From Chrysomallon squamiferum (taxonomy: Eukaryota; Animalia; Mollusca), in assembly GCA_012295275.1 (NCBI GenBank), contig CM022668.1, forward strand, positions 13,578,001 through 13,642,000: a stretch of 64,000 nt of DNA, given 5' to 3'. Below are positions 54,701 through 64,000 of the stretch, piece after piece. The notes under the pieces are model-generated. The model saw nothing but the letters and a program-made list of their open reading frames with translations. It ran no database searches and was not told where the DNA came from. Both the position numbers and the translations under genes were made by a program. Position 1 is the first letter of the stretch, and every line of letters begins with the position of its first letter.

Positions 54701-54979
54701 CTGAAAGAAATTCAAATTCACTCTGATTAGAATCGAAGACATTATTTTCATCTTCTTCTTTTTGCTCTTAATCTTAGATTAAAATTGTTGTTAACAACAT
54801 AAATCATTACGATTATCATCAGTATGGCTTGTCTACTTATCTATATATCTGTCAGCCTGTCTATCAGTACAAGTATTATTTTCATTTTCTCGTTTTTCCT
54901 GTTTGCTGTTAATAAAATTAAAAATCAACATTATTTTCATCGTTATGATAATTTCCATTAAATTAAGCACTAGTATCAC

Positions 54980-55590
54980 AATATTACAACTACTATCATT
55001 ATAACTATCTCTAGTGTTACTGCCTCTGAAACCACTGTTACTATCACTATTACTACCACTGCATCAGACCGACTGCTATTACTCTGTCTACCAATACTAT
55101 TACTACTATTTCTACAACTACTATTACTACTGTCTCTTCAGCTACTATTATTATTCTCTTTACAACTATTATTTCTACTCTCTCTACAACTATTTCTACA
55201 ACTACTATTACTATTTTCTCTACAGCTACTATTACTATTCTGTCTAGAGCTACGATTACACTTTCTGCAAATACTATTAATTATATGCATTATTACTGTC
55301 TCTCTCTACAACAAATGTTACTACTCTCTTCTACAGTTATTGTTAATAGCTCCGTCTTTAACTACTATTACTACTCTCTCTACAACTATTATTACTAATA
55401 TCTACAACTACTGTTACTACTCTTTCTATTAGTACTGTTTCTCTCTCCTATTAATAACACTCCTCTCTGTACATCTACTATTACTACCATCTCCACAACT
55501 AATGTTGCTGCTCTCTCTACGACTCCTATTATTATTATCTCTGCAATTACTACTCCCACTCCTACTATTATTACTATAACTGCAGGTTTA
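54980..55590. repeat. Degenerate G-poor intronic minisatellite
   Basis: Same unit as 19330-19975. Confidence 0.8.
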
Positions 55591-55756
55591 ATCAATACAA
55601 CTGCTGACACTTCTAGTACTTGTGCTGCGACGTCAGTGACAGCGTGTTGTAAAACTATTACAAATATATACTACGACGTTACAGTATTCATGATTTTGCG
55701 TATCATTCAAGTACATTTTTTGAACGATCAATATTTACAAACTTTGAAACACATAC

Positions 55757-55943
55757 CAGACATCGAGGAATCTAGACGAGTATTCGCCTCATCATGTTCT
55801 GATTGCTGGACTTCTTCTGATGGCTGCACTCTTTGCATTTGCTGGATTCTTTGCATTCGCTGGACTGTGTGCATTGGTTCCACTCTTTGCATTGGCTGCA
55901 CTTGTTCTGATGGATTCGTCTGCAGCGGCGCGTTAGACTGAGT
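55757..55943 (-). CDS. GIMAP copy 6 hexapeptide-repeat exon (TQSNAPLQTNPSEQVQPMQRVEPMHTVQRMQR...)
   Basis: tttttaaaag| acceptor, G|gtatgt donor, 187 nt open, phase 0 to 1. Confidence 0.68.
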
Positions 55944-56237
55944 CTTTTAAAAAGAAAGATAAGACGAACATATAAATCGAAAATGTAAACTGCATTCCAA
56001 TATTACAGTACCTGCATTTAGGATTGAATCTGTACGCATAACTGTGTATATCATGTGTTATATAAATATAAAATTTTATTTATCTTCTTATTTAAAAGCT
56101 TTAATTCATTCATTCGTTTGTAAAAAATTCTGTTATTTATTTATTTATTTATTTAACCTTGTTCTTTGGCATTTATAGTCTTGGTGTAATTATTTTAATT
56201 TGATTTATAATATTTCATACTATTATATTGAGACATG

Positions 56238-56240
<3 letters not shown>

Positions 56241-56281
<41 letters not shown>

Positions 56282-56330
56282 CACACACACACACACACGC
56301 ACACACACACTCACACACATATACATACAT
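56241..56330. repeat. (AT)n/(CA)n microsatellite next to the microexon donor
   Basis: Direct reading. Confidence 0.9.
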
Positions 56331-56336
56331 GCTCAC

Positions 56337-56368
56337 CTTTTTTTTGAAAACTGGACTATTTTCACCAC
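56337..56368 (-). CDS. GIMAP copy 6 microexon (GENSPVFKKK)
   Basis: ttttgttctag| acceptor, AAG|gtgagc donor, 32 nt, phase 1 to 0. Confidence 0.62.
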
Positions 56369-56569
56369 CTAGAACAAAATTAAAAAGTAGAAATTTTTCT
56401 CTCTCTCTCTATATAATTATTTCCGTCCGTCCATATACGAATGTATGAGTGTGTGTATCTGTTTGAATGTATCTCTCTATCTATACATGTGGGGAAAAAG
56501 TTAAGCGATACCTAATTAATAAATCTATAATTCTGAGAATTAAAAATTCAGCACATTTTCCTGAATGAT

Positions 56570-57650
56570 TTATTGTCATGCGGCAGCTTTATGAATATTA
56601 TCAGTTTCGTAGAGATATTTAATGCACATAACGACGGACAATGCTCATCATTTGTCATACCCTCAACAGTGTTGAAATCAAGTTTATAGTTTTTATATGT
56701 CTTACTCTCTTCTGTCAGTTTGAACTGAATACTGAACACCATAATTGTCAAGGCACGTCGTAAATTGTCCGAGTGTACAATGTGGAAGATTAATGACATA
56801 AGAAAAGCAGGAATGTTACTCAGTGAAACTGAACGTCAACTTGTGCGCAATATTTCCATCATTTCAAGACTGTTAGACAAAGAGATGGCAGCGATTGATG
56901 TTAAAGATCGTCGACGATCTGGCAGACCCCATAACACAACAATAAAGGAGCACAGAGCATTGAAGAGTCTTGATAGACGCCGTTCGTGGGATAGAAGCAG
57001 ACCTTTAAAACAACATGTTACCAGGGAGAGACATTTCCTACAGGTCCCAACAAGAACCGACTAAAAGCAGAATAATACAAGGCCAGAAGACCAATGAAGC
57101 TATTAAAGTATCTTCACCTTACAGCACAGCACCACTTGTCTGATGTAATCACCGTGCTCTCTGGAACATTGCATCAAGGGAGACTGTTCACTTTTCAGAA
57201 GACAATCGTTTCTTATTGGGTATGGTGAATGGGCGAACACGTGTCTGGAGACAAAGTAAAATAGCGAATATCGAGGATACGGTTTCCAATGGGTGAGGCT
57301 CAGACACGGGATTTGGATTACTTTCATGGTAACCTTAATGGGCCTCAGAATCAACAGGAGATCCTTGAGAGAGGTGATGTCTGCAGGTTTGATAATCATC
57401 CTCTAGCCACAAGACCCATCTGGCACCCAGTTCTTACAACAGAAGGCTCTTGAGAGCATTTCTGGGCCAGCAATCATTCTGGATCTGTGGACAATTTTAG
57501 GAGTCATGTTCGACTGACTGAGACCCGCCTGTCAATGAATCATGTGCTGCTTTACACGTGGGTTAGAATGGTATTTCTCCAAATCAAATCCAGAGATTGA
57601 TCCTAGGAATGAGGAGGTGTCTTGGAGAGGTTGTTCGTGTTAAACAAGAT
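56570..57650 (+). mobile_element. Degenerate Tc1/mariner element (longest copy)
   Basis: HTH region ...DVKDRRRSGRPHNTT, then decayed catalytic-domain remnants (HGNLNGLR, ISPNQIQRLILGMRRCL). Confidence 0.8.
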
Positions 57651-58909
57651 ACTAATATAAAATTAATATATATATATTAAATAAATTAAAAATAAAAATA
57701 ATAAAAAGAAACTAAAGAATATAAAATACGATAACTAAAACAATTGTGATGCAAGCCGGCTGAAAATCAGGTCAAACGATTAAGAAATTTCATTATCAAG
57801 TAAAAGAAGAAACTCGTCTTTGTTCGGTTATATGGGAGCTCACTGACAATGCACCGTATATAAGTCGAATTAATATATTGTTTAATTCTTTATATATATT
57901 TTGATATTTAACATTTGATAACATATAAAAGAACTACCTATGTTTGAAAAATACATCTATTGTTCAGTTACAGAAAAAGAATAAAAATTAAAAATAATTA
58001 GACAGCAAATAGGAAAATAAAAATAAATAAATAGATCTATAAATATAATAAAATGAAACAATAGAATGTAAAATAAAGTAATTGAAACAATCGTCTTGAA
58101 ATCTGTTGAAAATTAGGTCAAAAGATTATGAACACAAACATGTTACCTGAAAGCAGTAAAACATTAAAATCGTCTTTTTATTTGACTGTTATATGAGATC
58201 TCAGTGACAATAGACAGTCTATAAGTGGAATTAATGTATTGTTTAATTCTTTATAAATGCATTGATCTGCAACTTTTGATAACGTGTCCACATGCAAAGG
58301 TATGTTTATCTAATATATTATTCTGTGTATATAATATACGTATTGTTGCATTAAAACATGTTTAGCAACAAAGGAGTTTAAGTGAACTCCACTAGTAATT
58401 TTTTGATAGACTTGAAGTATTTTTATATTATGGAAAATATTTTCATTAATTAATTAATTATTATTATTATTATTGTTAATTTATCATTTGCAATTTAATT
58501 AAATTTAAAACGTCTTGTCGAATCCGTATATTATATTTTACACAGCGTAATAAAATCAGAAAACGAATTTCAATACAGTACAAAATTTGTTTATATCTCC
58601 TTGACAACAAATAAACACACTAATTATTTTTGTTCAGTATAATGGTTGGGAATTCACTTCTATTCATGAGGTCTCCGCATTTCTCCGAAACAGCGTGTTA
58701 GTACTAAGAATATGACAAAAAGGGGATACGAAGTGTGTTTGTTTCTAACGTCAGTCTGTGAGTGTTTCTGGGTGTTTTTTTTATCCATTTGCGATCAGAG
58801 TCCCCTTCAGTTAGCATAAAGGTAAGCAATACCAAAAATACCATTACTGAACTGTAAATTAAAAAAATACATAGAGACCTATATATCTTTCTATGAACGT
58901 AAACAAATT

Positions 58910-59190
58910 TTTTGTTGATTTTTTAACAAACTGATCCACAATATTATTAAAATTCAATTTCCGGTGTACAATCTATTCTACATTCATTAATGCCAAATTA
59001 TTCAGCTTTTCATCTTTCAGAGTAGATCACGGGTAATTCTTAATACATTTAAGTGTAGAAAAAGATCTCTCTACAGAGCAGTTTGTATCGAGAAGTGACA
59101 ATTAAATACGTAAACAAATCCACATGCTTGGAAAAGTTTCTTGCATTTTATTTTTAAAAGTTTTAGCTAACTAAAAAAATAAAATTTGGT
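58910..59190 (-). mobile_element. hAT transposase C-terminal dimerisation-domain relic
   Basis: Reverse translation ETFPSMWICLRI*LSLLDTNCSVERSFSTLKCIKNYP*STLKDEKLNNLALMNVE. Confidence 0.8.
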
Positions 59191-60423
59191 ATAAATTGAT
59201 GGATAATTTATTTTTAATATAGTATCGTTCGCGTCTCTCCCAAATTAATAAAATCCCAGAATTGATTTAATTTTTAATTACATTTAAAACGTCTTACCCG
59301 AAGCCATGTTTTGTCTTTTCCCCAAGTTAGTAAAATCCCAGAACGTAATTAATTTAGAACTGTTCACCACAGAATTAGTTTTTGATGGCCGCCTGACGAC
59401 AAATACAGCACAGTACTCGTTGTTGTATTATATAAGGCCTGACAAAACAACTCAGTTTCTCAGGAAAACGTATTTCCCCGAAAACTTTTAGTAATGATGA
59501 CTTTTTTCTATATCGGTAAACAGCTTTACTGACTATCTGACAAGGTATAATATCTAAAAATAACTACGCGCAAACGAAGTGACATAGCAGATATTAATAC
59601 ACTGAATTCAGGACACCCCAAATACAGAATTTAAAAATAGTTACGAGAAGTACAACTAATTCAGTTATTGATGGGTTTTTCCAATAGTTATTTTATTCTT
59701 AGCTCGAGTATCTTGTTTGCGTGTCTGTCCCTCTATTTCTGTGTATGCCCACCTATCTACCTGAAATCATCTACATACATGTACATTTTGTAATGAAAAT
59801 ATCTCCGAAAAAGTCATTTACATTGATAAATCACATCCTTGAGTAATTTTTATTTATAATAAAAAACAATTAATATTTAAGTTATAAATTTAGACATTGC
59901 AGTGTTTTTAAAATATACGAGCTTTGTATATTAATAAGTTTCAAAATTAAGAAGGATGAAACAACATTCACTAATACCCTTTTTGCTAGCTTCAAGTATT
60001 TTCGTCATGAAAAAGTAATCAGATAATTTATATATTGCAATTTAGTTAAGCTTAAAACATCTTATCCAAAGCCATATTTCGTCTTTTCCCCAAATTAATA
60101 AAATCTCAAAATTGAATTCATTATATAACATAAAATATTTTCATTATTATTTCTTAATTTATTATTTACAATTTAATCAAAATTGAAACGTCTTGTCGAA
60201 TGCATATATTAACTTTTTCACACCGAAATAAAATCACAAACCAAATTTCAGTTCAGCCCAAAATTAGTTTATCATATCTCCTTGACGACAAATACAGAAC
60301 ATTAATTTTTGTTGTTTAGTATAATGGTTGGCAAATCACTTCTGTTCATGAAGTGACCGTATTTGTCCGAAACAGCGTCTTAGAAGTAAGAATAAGGGAA
60401 AGAGGAAGTACTATGTGTATTTA

Positions 60424-60472
<49 letters not shown>

Positions 60473-61559
60473 TCGACCATGCCCATTGGCGCCACGGGGG
60501 CAAAAGAATAAGAAAAAGAAATAAAGTGGTAATAAAATAGCTCGCCCTCCCCCTCATACAGAAAATCTTACTGCTCTAATGACAGATACCGAATTTATAA
60601 TATTGTAAAATTCCCTCATATATCACATTTACTCTATTTAAAATATTAATCATAAGACAGTAAATAATCATTTCTTATTGTAATATTGAATAATCTGATT
60701 CTGTGTAAGAAATATATTCTTTTCTGTAATTCTCATTTCCAGGAAAACGTCGAGCTCCAATTAAAACTGTTATATCAGATTCCGATCTCCGTTTTTCCCT
60801 GTAGATAGGCTAATGTTGTGCTGCCTTCAAAATTAAGAAAGAAGTAAACAAATTCCGCTAATATCCTTTTTATCCACTACAAATATTTTCTTCAAGTTAT
60901 ATTACTTTTCATTAATTAATTAATTTATTTATTACAAATTTAAAGCATGTTACCCTTACCCATATCGGTATTTTCCCAAACTTAATATAATCGCAGAATT
61001 GAATTCAGTTCGGACTATTCACCACAGAATTGGTTTGTGATAGCCGCTTGACGACAAATGCAGCACATTACTCGTTCTTGCTTTATACAAGGGTTGAGAA
61101 AACATCACTGTTCCTGAGGTATTTAACCGAAAACAACTAGATATGAACAACTTTATTAACTATCTGAGAATGTGTAATGTCTGAAGATAACAACGAGCAG
61201 GTAGTGCGATATAACAAATATTAATACTTTGAATTCATGTGTACTTTACAGATTTGAAAGAAAAATTGAAATCATGATATATTGATACCACCAAACAATT
61301 TTTAATCTCTGAATCAGACGACTCAGATGTGTAACATATTGTCCACAGTCACAACGTAGGCATTGCACTCCGAGCTGATACATTTTCTAGAAGATTGTTT
61401 TTCCTGTTCTACATATTTACGCGATATCTTTTGTCAACATATGTCATTCTACATAACAGGAGTGATGTTTGTCAGATGTATCCATTAACACGATGTCTTC
61501 AGAGAGGTCTTCTGCTGAAGCCCATAGCACAGCACTCTCCTAAAACATATACAATACGA

Positions 61560-61785
61560 TGTTTATGTGAATGTGTACGTCTGTATGTATGTGTGTATGT
61601 TTCTCTGTGTGTTTCTGTATGTGTTTGTGTCTATATGTATGCATGCGTCTGTTTGTGTGCATGTTTCCATGTATGTATTTATATATGTGTATGTATATGT
61701 ATGTATAGATGTATGAGAATGTATGTATGTATATATGTATGTATGTATGTCTATGTATGTATGTATGTATGTATGTATGTATGTA
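61560..61785. repeat. Degenerate (TG)n/(TATG)n tract
   Basis: Direct reading. Confidence 0.85.
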
Positions 61786-61957
61786 CGAGTCAGTGAAAAT
61801 TCTAAGTCAGATCGGGAATGTTAGCTCCAAAACAGAACGATTAATTTCTGTGTCGAGAAGATAAACATAAAATCGCCTTCTCAGAACTTTACAGCTAGGA
61901 AACTCAGTCATTGTAGTTTTTTCATTGAATAGTTTTCTTTTTATTCAAATGTAACGA

Positions 61958-61987
61958 TATAATAATAATAATAATAACAATAATAAC

Positions 61988-62028
<41 letters not shown>

Positions 62029-62224
62029 TAACAATAATAATAATACTTTAAATAAAAGTATAAATAAATAAATATTTATTAGAGTAATAAACGTTTAGCA
62101 TTGTGTAAATAAATAGCTGGTATCATTTCTACAAAGTAAATTATTTACACAGAACAGAGACTTCATCCTTAGAACTGTTTGTCGCTGAACTACGAAACAG
62201 AAGAACGTATTAAGAAAGAGAGGC

Positions 62225-62302
<78 letters not shown>

Positions 62303-62455
62303 CACAAAAACAAGAATAATCATCGTCAGCACCATCTTGATCATTATTGTTATCGTTGTTATCATCTTTATTGCTATTATCATCACCATCTTGATCATTA
62401 TTGTTATCGTCGTTATCATCATTATTGCTATTATCATCATCATCATCATCATAAT
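61958..62455. repeat. (AAT)n tracts and (ATC/ATT)-rich tract with an internal tandem duplication (~57 bp)
   Basis: Direct reading; caccatcttgatcattattgttatcgt occurs twice. Confidence 0.85.
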
Positions 62456-62569
62456 CAGGAACTCGTGATGTGTGTAAATGTCAACCAAAGCCTAAGTTAA
62501 TGGATGAGGCATGTTCGAAATGTTCCCTTTGCAACCTTACGAAATTCTGTGTGTGTTCCACTGAGCATA

Positions 62570-62910
62570 AATAGGATTCGGGTGATCTGTCTAAAATGAA
62601 ATGTTGTGTCATCTGCTCGCTGAGAAATAACAGAATTTCCACTCATGTATAATCGATACCTTTGACACTATTAGAATTTATAATTATTAATGCTAGTACT
62701 TCAGAGCGTGCTATAAAACTATAAGAACAGTTGGATAATGTACTGTCAAAAGATTGACGATTTAAAATAAAGACTATATCATCTGCATACTGAAAAATAA
62801 TATGATCTATTAGCATCTGTTATCTGTACCTTTGTCACCTTAGAATTTGTAAATAGTAATTCTAGTATTTTAGAGCATATTACAAAAAGAAAGTGAGAAA
62901 GTAAATCGTT
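62570..62910 (-). mobile_element. Non-LTR (L1/Tx1-like) reverse-transcriptase fragments, two in tandem
   Basis: SHFLFVICSKILELLFTNSKV..IIFQYADDIVFIL, followed by YSFIARSEVLALIIINSNSVKGID..VISQRADDTTF; frameshifted. Confidence 0.65.
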
Positions 62911-63074
62911 TAGTGTTTCTTCTCCTTATAAATTAGCACTGTCCCAAACATCCAATTTCTAAAACTGTCACCAATTATTTATTTTTAAAATTTTCATCCA
63001 AATTAAAAAAAAAAAATAATAATAATAAAAACTGATTTATTAATAAATTTTCAAAATATCTATATTTGTCTCGG

Positions 63075-63499
63075 TAAAGAGGACGAAAAAACTGAATCGA
63101 AAGCTTTCTCAAATTCCTGGTGTTTTACGATATTTTAAATATTGCATTACATCATATTAATTGCGCATTTTCATGTATAATATATATGCATTTAATAAAC
63201 TCAGTTTAATTTTTTTTTCTGTCTAAATCAGTTTTTACTCTATTTCCAATGCATTTGGAGGCAAATTTCTACAGACAGTTTATGATATAGTAATGTGTCC
63301 TCAGTTCTTTCAGAAGTTTTTTCATGTTATATTAGCTTTTGCAATACGAGCAATGATTTTTTTTAATTTTTCCGTAGGAGACATTTCTTTTATGTTTTAA
63401 CTATATTTAATGCATCTAACAATGGATTAGGTTATGACATCAATTACAGCCACTTTCAAATGACGATATTCGGGAACAACAACAACAACAACACTACTA

Positions 63500-63531
<32 letters not shown>

Positions 63532-63970
63532 ACTACTACTACTACTAATAATAATAATAATAACAATAATAATAATAAAATATCTGTACTTATATCAAAA
63601 ATGCTGCACTGCTCCACACAAGACAGTAAATAATAATAAAAAAGATGCTCCGACTAGGAGGGCGAAATTAAACGCTTACAATATTAAAATTCAAGGGAGA
63701 TCACTTAATTCTTCTCTTTTGTATTTTATTGTCACGAATTCTCGTCGTCAGCGTGTTAATGTATACACTTTTTTATTTTATTTTATTCTATTGTATTCAC
63801 AGTATTGTATTTTTATTTATTTATTTATCTGTTTTGTTCTTGTTGGTTGTTATTACTTTATTCTTGGCCTGCTGTTCTGGCTCTTAATGTAGTTTTATGT
63901 TTTTATTTTAATCTGTTGTGTCTGAATTTATATACAACCCCCCATACTCATTTTCACACACACACACACA
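63075..63970. repeat. Block homologous to 1-690 and 14500-14860
   Basis: As above, plus aattcaagggaga...gtcacgaattctc...gaattta...cacacacac shared with 14610-14860. Confidence 0.8.
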
Positions 63971-64000
63971 CACACGCTTTGATCATGGATAATATTTAAT

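Larger units (their letters stand above)
47100..56450. repeat. Tandem segmental-duplication unit containing GIMAP copy 6
   Basis: Direct-orientation paralogue of 39500-47100. Confidence 0.85.

Overview
AT-rich eukaryotic (animal, probably invertebrate such as a mollusc; taxon is an inference) genomic DNA, not prokaryotic. The window holds a tandem minus-strand cluster of GIMAP/AIG1-family immune GTPase genes. Four copies have an intact GTPase-plus-coiled-coil terminal exon (1858-3068, 17911-19073, 27768-28810, 36835-38207). One copy is a disabled 3' remnant (46655-47083). One copy (54252-56368) has lost almost the whole GTPase domain by an in-frame deletion but keeps canonical splice sites and an open frame. 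Three copies carry a microexon plus an exon of Q/P/V-rich hexapeptide repeats upstream; together these form a frame-neutral cassette that appears absent from copies 2 and 3. No start-codon exon could be identified with confidence. Intergenic DNA is a co-oriented patchwork of duplicated modules. It includes about 11 relics of a hAT transposase C-terminal dimerisation domain, Tc1/mariner relics, a Gypsy pol fragment, L1/Tx1-like RT fragments and many microsatellites. The best candidate for something undescribed is the GTPase-less, coiled-coil-only GIMAP paralogue, which may be a decoy or regulator. Its expression cannot be shown from sequence alone. Coordinates of repeats and transposon relics were read by eye and are approximate.
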